DNA of 17,150 nucleotides from Anaerolineae bacterium (GTDB lineage: Bacteria > Chloroflexota > Anaerolineae > B4-G1 > SLSP01): the NCBI GenBank assembly GCA_034435555.1, contig DAOTXC010000217.1, forward strand, positions 1-17,150, written 5' to 3'. The position numbers and the translations under genes are program-made. Below are positions 1-6,270 of the stretch, piece by piece; the first letter of the stretch is position 1; each line of letters starts with the position of its first letter. The notes beneath the pieces were generated by a model, which ran no database searches, had not been told where the DNA came from, and was given only the letters and a program-made list of their open reading frames with translations.

Positions 1-404
1 AGCGCGGAATCGGATTGCGGGTCGCGCATCAGCTCCCAGGGGATGGCGGCGGCTTCCGCGATGCCGGTCGTGATCTCGATGCGCAGGTCGGCCAGCTGCT
101 CCCGCACGGCGAACCAGATAGCGCGGGTGTTCTGGTTGTCGTCGAGGACTTTGTTGTAGAGCTCCTCGCCGCGCTGCTGCATCATCGCCTCGATCTGGGC
201 GATCTGCACCGCCTCGACCGTTTCGGAGCGCATCAGGTAATCCTCCATATACCAGCGCAGGTCGGCCTGCTCCTGGGGCGTGAGGGCGAACGCGATGCTG
301 GCATCGGCCTCCAGGTCGGCCTGTCCCGGACGCTTGAGCGTGAGGGTGATGGGATATTTGCCCCCGTGGAGGGGTCGCTGGCGGATCTTGAGGGTTATCG
401 TCAT
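1..404 (-). CDS. CDS truncated by the window edge (start ATG at 404-402; first 134 aa). The N-terminus resembles the conserved N-terminal module of large CHAT-domain/TPR-type regulatory proteins, ending ...LRIEITTGIAEAAAIPWELM.
   Basis: Absent from the ORF track because it runs off the edge. Manual minus-strand translation from 404 gives MTITLKIRQRPLHGGKYPITLTLKRPGQADLEADASIAFALTPQEQADLRWYMEDYLMRSETVEAVQIAQIEAMMQQRGEELYNKVLDDNQNTRAIWFAVREQLADLRIEITTGIAEAAAIPWELMRDPQSDSA..., uninterrupted to position 1. An AAGGAG SD (plus 414-419 ctcctt) lies 6 nt upstream of the ATG. Track ORF 15..455 (+) is its antisense. Confidence 0.7.
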   Translation of the reverse strand, partial: MTITLKIRQRPLHGGKYPITLTLKRPGQADLEADASIAFALTPQEQADLRWYMEDYLMRSETVEAVQIAQIEAMMQQRGEELYNKVLDDNQNTRAIWFAVREQLADLRIEITTGIAEAAAIPWELMRDPQSDSA

Positions 405-451
405 GTGCTGCTCCTTAAAGGTGTGAACGTGCGCACGTGTGAATGTACCGC

Positions 452-2542
452 CTAGAGCGTGACCTCCGGCTCGGACGGCTGCGGCTCCGATTCGGCTTGC
501 GGCCCAGGGGTGCCTGGGTCGAGGCCCAGCAGCTTCAGCAGCGGCGCGACGGGCAGATCGCCCACCATGCGGAAGCTGCCGTCGGTGCGCAGGGCCTCCA
601 ACGCCGTGGTCAGCTCCTCCTGCCCGGCGATCACCGGGGCCAGCCGCTCCAACAGATCGGCCACCTTGAGGCTGGCGAACATGCGGGGGTTGACCTCAGC
701 GAGCACCTGGCGCACGTAGGGCATGAAGCGCAACAGTTGCGCGCCCCAGCGCACCTCCTCGCCCGCCGGACGGCCTTCGAGCAGGCGGCCCACCGCCGGG
801 ACCTCCTCGCCCAGGACGTAGACGCCCCGCGAAAGCGAGAGCAGATCCGTGATGATCTGCGACATCTGCCCCCCGCTGCCGTAGATGTGTACCTTGATGC
901 CCGGCGCGATGGCCTCGAAGGCCTTCAGCGAGGTCTCGAGCTGCAACTGCGTGAGCCGTTCTTCGTGCTGCATCTGCATCCGCAGCCGTTCCAGTTCCAC
1001 CAGCACCGGCGCTTGATCGTACAGCCCCATCAGCTCGCGCTGCGCTGCGATCTCCACATCCTTGATGCGCTGCAAGCGGTCGGCCTCGGCCCTTGCTTGC
1101 GCCTCGGCGACCTCGGCCTCGGCCAGACCAGGGGCCGCAGCTTCGGCGCGGGTGGCCTCGGCGCGGGCCTTCGCGGCCTGCGCGCGCTTCTCCGTGGCGG
1201 TGGCTTCCACCTCCGCGCGCACCAGCTCCGCTTTTGTCTCCGCATCCACTTTGATGCGCAGGGCGTTCGCCTCAGCGTCCGCCTGCACCAAAGTCACATC
1301 CTTGCGGCGTTCCGCAGCCGCCAGCTCCTCCTGCTCCAAACGCTTGGCCTCGGCCTGCGTGCGCTCCGCGTCACGCTCGATCTTGCGCACCTGCTCGGCG
1401 GCCATGCGCTGGGCCTCCGCCTCGGTCTCCGCCAGCCGGATCTCCGCCGTGCGCCGCTGCTGGATGGCGCGCAGCTCCGCCGCGCGCTCCTCACGCAACC
1501 GCACCAACTGCGCCTCTTTCTCGACCTCGGCCTCGTTCAACTGGCGCGTCAACTGCACCTTCGCCAGATCGGCATCGTGGCTGGCGTGCGCGGCGTTCTT
1601 GTCGCGGTCAATCTGGAGCAGCTCGACCTCGTGGCGGCGCACCGCCAGCGACTCCTGCTGGCCCAACGTCGCCATCTCGACCTCGCGCTCCGCCTCGAGC
1701 CGCTCGGCGGCGAGCTTCTTTTCCGTCGTCGCCTGGATCTCCGCTTCGCGCTGCGCCCGCCCCTGCCGATCCTGGAGCTCCGCCACCTGCTCGCGGTTGG
1801 TGACGATGCTCGTCTCTTTGGAGATGCGCGCCTCGGCCTGCTCCACGAGCTTGCGATAGGCCATCCCATCGAGGTTGGTGATCGTGAGCAGCGCCAGGTC
1901 GTAGCCCAGCTCCGAGAGGATCTGGTTCACCTGCGGGAAGGCAATCGCGGCCAGCTGTTGCCGGTTGGCGATGATCTCCTCCAACGTCATCGTCGCCGCC
2001 GCCGCGACGAGCTCCGCCGTCCCCACCTCGGTGATGGTGTTGATCAGGCTCGTGGCGTCCAGCCCGACGCGCTGCGCGGCAACTTCCGCCTTCTCCGGGT
2101 TGAGCTTCGCCACGGCGTGCGCCCAAAGATGAAAGCTGACCTTACTGCTATCGAGCGCCGGGACGCCCTGCCCCTCCTCCCCACGGATTGTCACCGTGAA
2201 GCTGATGGTCTTGAGCTTGATGACCTGCGTCAACCGGGTGAGCCAATAGGTCGAAGGGCGGTCGACGGTCTGCCCAAAGACCCGGCTTTTGCGAGAGGGG
2301 AAGAAGACGTGGCGGCCATCGCCCACCACCACGTGGATTTCATCGGGGGGCACGAGAATGCGCCGCCCAAAGCCAAAGAGCGCCATCAAGCCGCGCACGC
2401 GGTCGGCCTCGGTGCGCAACATCTCCAGCGTGGTATTCGCCTCGCCGAGCGTCCGCCCGGCCAACATCTCCGCCCGACTGATCTGCTGCCCCGCCTGTTG
2501 GGTCACTTCCTGGGGCTGCATTTGAACTGGTGCCTTTGCCAT
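452..2542 (-). CDS. Flotillin-like SPFH/band-7 domain protein with a long Glu/Ala/Arg-rich coiled-coil and a C-terminal extension. No obvious N-terminal transmembrane hairpin.
   Basis: 696-aa track ORF. The N-terminal ~250 aa have SPFH-like features (…ILVPPDEIHVVVGDG…, …LGYDLALLTITNLDGMAYRKLVEQAEARISKETS…). A ~300-aa EA-repeat coiled-coil follows (AEREVEMATL…AEAEVAEAQARAEADRLQRIK). A flotillin-like C-terminus follows (GIKVHIYGSGGQMSQIIT). An AAGGAGG SD (plus 2547-2553) lies 5 nt upstream of ATG 2542. The repetitive GCG/GAG coding creates the long antisense track ORFs 443..2587, 1062..1859 and others. Confidence 0.75.
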   Translation of the reverse strand: MAKAPVQMQPQEVTQQAGQQISRAEMLAGRTLGEANTTLEMLRTEADRVRGLMALFGFGRRILVPPDEIHVVVGDGRHVFFPSRKSRVFGQTVDRPSTYWLTRLTQVIKLKTISFTVTIRGEEGQGVPALDSSKVSFHLWAHAVAKLNPEKAEVAAQRVGLDATSLINTITEVGTAELVAAAATMTLEEIIANRQQLAAIAFPQVNQILSELGYDLALLTITNLDGMAYRKLVEQAEARISKETSIVTNREQVAELQDRQGRAQREAEIQATTEKKLAAERLEAEREVEMATLGQQESLAVRRHEVELLQIDRDKNAAHASHDADLAKVQLTRQLNEAEVEKEAQLVRLREERAAELRAIQQRRTAEIRLAETEAEAQRMAAEQVRKIERDAERTQAEAKRLEQEELAAAERRKDVTLVQADAEANALRIKVDAETKAELVRAEVEATATEKRAQAAKARAEATRAEAAAPGLAEAEVAEAQARAEADRLQRIKDVEIAAQRELMGLYDQAPVLVELERLRMQMQHEERLTQLQLETSLKAFEAIAPGIKVHIYGSGGQMSQIITDLLSLSRGVYVLGEEVPAVGRLLEGRPAGEEVRWGAQLLRFMPYVRQVLAEVNPRMFASLKVADLLERLAPVIAGQEELTTALEALRTDGSFRMVGDLPVAPLLKLLGLDPGTPGPQAESEPQPSEPEVTL

Positions 2543-2563
2543 AACGCCTCCTTTAGGTCTAAA

Positions 2564-2583
2564 AAATCTGCAAATCAGAAATC
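2564..2583 (-). promoter_or_regulatory. Three GATTT direct repeats (minus-strand sense, spacing 7-8 nt) in the 39-nt gap between the P-loop gene stop and the flotillin SD. Nearly identical to the dtxR-like leader at 6224-6256.
   Basis: Minus-strand read: TGA-TTTCTGATTTGCAGATTTTTTAGACCTAAAGGAGGcgttATG. It shares GATTTGCAGATTT…TTTTAG with 6232-6256. Confidence 0.4.
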
Positions 2584-2938
2584 ATGACGCGGCCAGAAAG
2601 GTCATCGCCTGTGCGATGACCTCCGCCGGCGTCAGTGTGCTGGTGTCAATGTAGAGATCGCAGTGCTGGCGGGCGTGGGCCAGCCGAAAATCGCGCTCCT
2701 CAGCCCACCACGAGGGGACCTCCGTCAGGCCCTCGCGCGCTATCCCCACTTCGGGACTCACGTCCACGTAGATCAACACGTCGGGGTTGGTCAGCCGTTG
2801 CCACATATCCGGCACGTGCCAGTGCTCCTGCCGGATCTCTTTGACGCGATAGCCACGTGCCCGCAGCGCCCGCGCCAGCACCGATTTCCCTGCTGAACAA
2901 GGCCCCACGATGCCGATGAGTCGCGCTGCTTCGGACAT
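2582..2938 (-). CDS. Small P-loop NTPase (putative kinase/ATPase), 118 aa
   Basis: Walker A GPCSAGKS near the N-terminus and a Walker-B-like hhhhD motif (VLIYVD). The ATG at 2938 sits 2 nt after the TGA of the upstream PP2C gene, so translation is probably coupled. Confidence 0.6.
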   Translation of the reverse strand: MSEAARLIGIVGPCSAGKSVLARALRARGYRVKEIRQEHWHVPDMWQRLTNPDVLIYVDVSPEVGIAREGLTEVPSWWAEERDFRLAHARQHCDLYIDTSTLTPAEVIAQAMTFLAAS

Positions 2939-2940
2939 GG

Positions 2941-3651
2941 TCAGATGTCGGAGACCGGCATCTCCAGGCGCAGGTAGCGCGGCCCCTGCCCCGCGCCCTC
3001 GGCGACCTGCACAACCACGACGCTCGTGTCATCCACCGGGCGTTGCTCGTCTAACGCCAACGCGCGCGCCAGCAGCCCATCGGCGAGGGCCTGGGCGGTG
3101 GGCGTGGTCGCCCACAATGCTTCCAGCGCCTCTGGGATGTTCAATCGCGCCCCGGTGCGGCTCCCGGCGTGCAACAGGCCATCGGTGAAGGCGCACGCCA
3201 CCAGCCCCGGCTCCAGTGGCAGCGTCTCGACCAGCGGGCGCGCGTGCCGATGGAAGCCCAGCGGCGGCGATTTGTCCGCCAGCTCGCGCAACGCACCCGC
3301 CGCCGTCCGCACGTAGACGGGCGGATCGCCGCAGCGGGTGATGACCAGCGAGCGGCTGTGCAGATCCACCGAGAGGATCGTCAACGTCGCCGAGACTTTG
3401 CCGTCGCGCAGCGTGTGGAGCGTGTCGTTGGCTGCGCGCGCCGCCGCACCATCGCGGACACCCTCCGCCAGCTCCGTCACCACCTTGCGCACCACCCAAA
3501 TGCTGATCGCCTTCGCGCCCGGCCCGGAGCTCTGCCCATCGGAGAGGATCACCGACAGGCCGCCCTGCGGACGCTCGATCACCTCGGAGGTATCGCCGCC
3601 CTGGCGCGTCGCCCATTTGTTGATCTTTGCGATGGCGACCGAGAGATGCAC
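2941..3651 (-). CDS. PP2C/SpoIIE-family Ser/Thr protein phosphatase, minimal single-domain form (236 aa)
   Basis: Motifs LSVILSDGQSSGPGAKAIS (PP2C motif I-like DG..G), FTDGLLHAG (SDG motif) and C-terminal DDTSVVVVQV (DDxTvvvv). A GTG start at 3651 lies directly after the yajC-like TAA (3652-3654). Confidence 0.65.
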   Translation of the reverse strand: MHLSVAIAKINKWATRQGGDTSEVIERPQGGLSVILSDGQSSGPGAKAISIWVVRKVVTELAEGVRDGAAARAANDTLHTLRDGKVSATLTILSVDLHSRSLVITRCGDPPVYVRTAAGALRELADKSPPLGFHRHARPLVETLPLEPGLVACAFTDGLLHAGSRTGARLNIPEALEALWATTPTAQALADGLLARALALDEQRPVDDTSVVVVQVAEGAGQGPRYLRLEMPVSDI

Positions 3652-3939
3652 TTACGCCTCCGAGGTGGTGAAGGGCGTGGACGTGTCGAGTTTGCGGCTG
3701 ATTGCGGCGGGGAGGATCTCCACCACGACACCCTCGGCCAGCTCCACCAGCGCCTTATCCTCCTCCGGGTTGAAGTACTTCAAGGTTCCGCAAAACCCGC
3801 CGATCGTTACGACGCGATCCCCCGCCGTCAACTCCGCAAAGCGCTTCTGTTGCCGTTTCCGCGCCTGCCACTGGGGCCAGAAGATGAAAAGCGCCCCCAC
3901 CCCCAAGATAATAATCCACCATAGCCATTCGCCATCCAT
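3652..3939 (-). CDS. yajC: YajC-family small membrane protein (preprotein translocase accessory subunit YajC-like), 95 aa
   Basis: An N-terminal TM segment (WLWWIIILGVGALFIFW) is followed by PQWQARKRQQKRFAELTAGDRVVTIGGFCGTL. This matches the YajC signature rPQqKR…kGD.VvT.GGi.G. An AAGGAG SD lies 8 nt upstream. Confidence 0.6.
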   Translation of the reverse strand: MDGEWLWWIIILGVGALFIFWPQWQARKRQQKRFAELTAGDRVVTIGGFCGTLKYFNPEEDKALVELAEGVVVEILPAAISRKLDTSTPFTTSEA

Positions 3940-3972
3940 TGTCTCAACTCCTTTGCGTTAATTTACCCTCAG

Positions 3973-4001
3973 ATTATACCGACAGCGCGGCAAATGGGCA
4001 A
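3973..4001 (-). promoter_or_regulatory. Sigma-70-type promoter for the yajC-like/PP2C/P-loop/flotillin cluster: -35 TTGCCC (plus 3996-4001), 17-nt spacer, -10 TATAAT (plus 3973-3978).
   Basis: Minus strand reads ccTTGCCCatttgccgcgctgtcggTATAATctgagggtaaattaacgcaAAGGAGttgagacaATG. It lies just downstream of the serS terminator hairpin. Confidence 0.6.
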
Positions 4002-4016
4002 GGGGGGCGAGTCGGC

Positions 4017-4063
4017 GAATTGAACACGAGGTGGGGCGCACTTTCGTTCAAGTGCGCCCCACC
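4017..4063 (-). terminator. Probable intrinsic terminator of serS: a 14-bp GC-rich stem (GGTGGGGCGCACTT/AAGTGCGCCCCACC) followed on the minus strand by UCGUGUUCAAUU.
   Basis: Inverted repeat at plus 4030-4063; the U-tract is only moderate. Confidence 0.5.
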
Positions 4064-4094
4064 TGGCTCAACCCCTTGTTATAGCGCTATTGTG

Positions 4095-5375
4095 TTACGC
4101 TTCCCGGCGGATGACCTCAACGCCGCCCATGTAGGGCTGCAAGACCTCCGGGATCACCACGGAGCCATCCGCCTGCTGGTAGGTCTCCAGGATGGCGATC
4201 AGCACCCGTGGCATCGCCAGCCCCGAGCCGTTGAGCGTGTGGACGAACTGCGGCTTAGCCCCCGGCTCCCGGCGGTAGCGGATGTTGGCCCGCCGCGCCT
4301 GGAAATCGGTCACGTTGCTGCACGAACTCACCTCCAGCCACTCGTTCTGGCCCGGCGCCCAGACCTCCAGGTCGTAGGTCTTGGCCGAACCGAAGCCCAG
4401 ATCGCCCGTGCAGAGCTCCTTGATGCGGTACGGCAATCCCAACGCCTGGAGCAGCCCCTCGGCATCAACGAGCATCGCCTCCAGCGCGGCGGCGCTCTCC
4501 TCAGGCAGGGTGAACTTGTACATCTCGACTTTGTCGAACTGGTGGCCGCGCTTGATCCCGCGCACGTCGCGCCCGGCGCTCATCTTCTCGCGGCGGAAGC
4601 AGGCGGTGTAGGCCACGTAGTGGAGCGGCAACTGCTCCGCCTCCAAAATCTCGTCGCGGTGCAGGTTCGTCAATGCGACCTCCGCCGTCGGGACGAGCCA
4701 GAGATCATCCTCCACATCGTGATAGAGGTTGTTTTCGAACTTGGGCAGCTGCCCAGCCCCCTCGAGGATATCGCGGCGGCAGACGAAGGGCAGATAATAC
4801 TCCGTGTAGCCATTCTGGCGGGTCTGCACATCGAGCATCCAGAAGAGCGTCGCCCGCTGCAATCGCGCGCCGGCCCCCTTGAGCACGTAGAAGCGGCTCC
4901 CGGCCAGGCGCACGCCGCGCTCGAAGTCAATGATGTCGAGCTCCGTGCCCAAATCCCAGTGGGGCGCTGGCTCGAAGTCGAAGGTGCGCGGCTCGCCCCA
5001 GCTCCGCACCACCGGGTTGTGCGTCTCATCCGGCCCCACCGGCGCAGTCGCGTCTGGCAGATTGGGGATCCATAGCTGCTCCTCGTAGAACTCCTGCTCC
5101 AGAGCGCGCAGCGTCTCCTCCAGACCCGCAAGCCGTTCGTTCAAAGCCCGCATCTCGTCAATGCGCGCCTGGCGCTCGGCAGCCTCCTTCATCCGCCCGA
5201 TCTCCTTGGAGGCGCGATTGCGCTCCGCGCGCAGCGTCTCCACCTCCTGCAAAAGCTCGCGCCGCTGCACATCGAGCGCGTAGACCCGATCCACCCGCGT
5301 GGGATCGTCCTGGCGCAAGCGCAGCGCCTCCCGCACCCGCTCCGGATCATTGCGAATCAATTCCAAATCAATCAT
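4095..5375 (-). CDS. serS: Seryl-tRNA synthetase
   Basis: Full-length class II aaRS: an N-terminal coiled-coil arm ([18 protein letters not shown]…) and catalytic motifs (…[27 protein letters not shown]…, …[15 protein letters not shown]…). The track start 5405 is an upstream GTG. ATG 5375 (MIDLELIRN) is preferred, with GGGGAGG 6 nt upstream. Confidence 0.92.
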   Translation of the reverse strand: MIDLELIRNDPERVREALRLRQDDPTRVDRVYALDVQRRELLQEVETLRAERNRASKEIGRMKEAAERQARIDEMRALNERLAGLEETLRALEQEFYEEQLWIPNLPDATAPVGPDETHNPVVRSWGEPRTFDFEPAPHWDLGTELDIIDFERGVRLAGSRFYVLKGAGARLQRATLFWMLDVQTRQNGYTEYYLPFVCRRDILEGAGQLPKFENNLYHDVEDDLWLVPTAEVALTNLHRDEILEAEQLPLHYVAYTACFRREKMSAGRDVRGIKRGHQFDKVEMYKFTLPEESAAALEAMLVDAEGLLQALGLPYRIKELCTGDLGFGSAKTYDLEVWAPGQNEWLEVSSCSNVTDFQARRANIRYRREPGAKPQFVHTLNGSGLAMPRVLIAILETYQQADGSVVIPEVLQPYMGGVEVIRREA

Positions 5376-5441
5376 GCCAGCCTCCCCATGAAGCCCACGG
5401 CCCACAAACGCGCTCAGGGCATCTGAATAAAGTATCTATTC

Positions 5442-6047
5442 GTATCTACTCAGGCTCTAGCCGGATCGCCAGATCCGGCGTGGATGCACAAGCAAATTCC
5501 AGGCTGCTATAACAATGTAGTCCTGGATAAATCTGACTTGACGGGGATCTGACGATCCTCTCGGAGCCAAGCTGAGTAGTTACATCTATTCCTTATTATG
5601 CCACCAACAGCCAGTTTGTCCAGCCACGTGCATAATTTCTCAGAATTGTGTACAATACGAGTAAGCATGGGACGGCCTCCTGTTGGAACCAGTAGAATAG
5701 AGTCAACCTTATTCTACTCAGGAAACGTCCCATGTTCCACCTTTCATTTTCGCCAGAGTCCAGTTCCTAAATAAGCCTTGAGTAGGTATTGGACGCAGAT
5801 TCACGCTGATTTCCGCTGATTTTAAGAACTATCCGCGTAAATCTACAAAAATATGCGTCCTGATCCTGATTGGCATTATTAGGAAACAACTCTTATCTTC
5901 TGGTAACTACTCACCCTGGCTCCGAGGGGATCGTCAGATCCCCGTCAAGTCAGAATTATCTAGGACTACATTGCGTAACAGCCTGGAAGGAATTTGCTTG
6001 TGCATCCACGCCGGATCTGGCGATCCGGCTAGAGCCTGAGTAGATAC
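5442..6047. repeat. Composite inverted-repeat element. Left arm 5442-5583 and right arm 5903-6047 are ~142-bp inverted copies (~90% identical, two small indels). Termini are GTATCTACTCAGG / CCTGAGTAGATAC. A 319-bp AT-richer core carries a third short unit bracketed by CTACTCAGG…CTTGAGTAG (5714-5785).
   Basis: Direct comparison of the reverse complement of 5903-6047 with 5442-5583. Each arm also has internal hairpins (GCCGGATCgccaGATCCGGC; GGGGATCnnnnGATCCCC) and its own short terminal inverted repeats. There is no ORF with transposase features. Candidate interpretations are a MITE-like non-autonomous element, an invertible segment, or a structured RNA locus. Confidence 0.7.
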
Positions 6048-6069
6048 ATCTTCTGTACACATTCGTGCA

Positions 6070-6110
6070 AACGTAGCGCGAAGCAGCTGCTTCGCGCTAC
6101 GTTGTTTTTG
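6070..6110 (+). terminator. Perfect 34-bp palindrome (AACGTAGCGCGAAGCAG|CTGCTTCGCGCTACGTT) followed by GTTTTTG. A textbook intrinsic terminator on the plus strand.
   Basis: 17-bp arms, zero mismatches, 6070-6103, with a T5 run at 6105-6109. No annotated plus-strand gene lies upstream of it. Confidence 0.65.
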
Positions 6111-6179
6111 AATGACGCAACAACCGGGCGTAGACCCCAGCAAATTCCCCGAAACTCAAACCGTGCTCCAACTTGCCAC

Positions 6180-6208
6180 TTGTGTTTTATAAGGTATGCC
6201 TTATAATA
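6180..6208 (+). promoter_or_regulatory. Promoter of the dtxR-like/feo operon: -35 TTGTGT (6180-6185), 16-nt spacer, -10 TATAAT (6202-6207). A 20-bp palindromic operator TTATAAGG-tatg-CCTTATAA (6187-6206) overlaps it.
   Basis: Perfect 8-bp arms. The centre AGGTATGCCT resembles the DtxR/IdeR iron-box core (TTAGGTTAGCCTAACCTAA). The operator overlaps the -10, as a repressor site would. Confidence 0.6.
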
Positions 6209-6223
6209 GAGGTACACAACTGC

Positions 6224-6256
6224 GATTTTTCGATTTGCAGATTTGTAGATTTTTTA
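6224..6256 (+). promoter_or_regulatory. Four GATTT direct repeats at an exact 8-bp period (6224, 6232, 6240, 6248) in the predicted 5' leader of the dtxR-like gene, ending in TTTTTAG + GGGAGAG SD.
   Basis: gcGATTTttcGATTTgcaGATTTgtaGATTTtttagGGGAGAGtggctgATG. Confidence 0.4.
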
Positions 6257-6270
6257 GGGGAGAGTGGCTG

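Noticed and set aside
15-2587. Track ORFs 15..455(+), 443..2587(+), 459..719, 1030..1245, 1062..1859, 1294..1494, 1549..1869, 1608..2126, 2289..2525
   Set aside because: All are antisense or out-of-frame shadows of the CHAT-like gene and the flotillin gene. Their products are low-complexity R/A/S/P-rich strings typical of high-GC non-coding frames, and no SD or promoter was found for any of them.
2635-5131. Track ORFs 2635..2844, 2663..2896, 2700..3032, 2910..3188, 3026..3316, 3029..3616, 3169..3924, 3338..3961, 3939..5075, 4381..4611, 4670..5131, 4673..4882
   Set aside because: These overlap the confidently assigned P-loop, PP2C, yajC-like and serS genes on the opposite strand or in another frame. 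Their composition is Arg/Pro/Ala-rich nonsense.
5376-5700. T-box riboswitch leader for serS (T-boxes occur in some high-GC lineages)
   Set aside because: I read the minus strand upstream of serS and found no AAUUAGGGUGGNACCGCG T-box core and no specifier-loop/antiterminator architecture.
5406-6195. Known housekeeping ncRNAs (RNase P RNA, tmRNA, SRP RNA) or a CRISPR array in the large intergenic region
   Set aside because: No RNase P P4/GGAAAGUCCGG signatures, no tmRNA acceptor ends (GGGG…CCACCA) and no SRP domain IV motif were found. The repeats are inverted, not direct, and have no regular spacers, so this is not a CRISPR array.
5934-6217. Track ORFs 5934..6143(-) and 6029..6217(-)
   Set aside because: They lie inside the inverted-repeat arm and the terminator palindrome, have no SD, and their translations look like repeat-derived nonsense.
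6196-6270. Track start codon 6196 for the dtxR-like ORF (25-aa N-terminal extension MPYNRGTQLRFFDLQICRFFRGEWL)
   Set aside because: ATG 6196 lies inside the operator and -10 hexamer, and the extension is encoded by the GATTT repeat leader. ATG 6271 has a proper SD and gives the canonical DtxR N-terminus.
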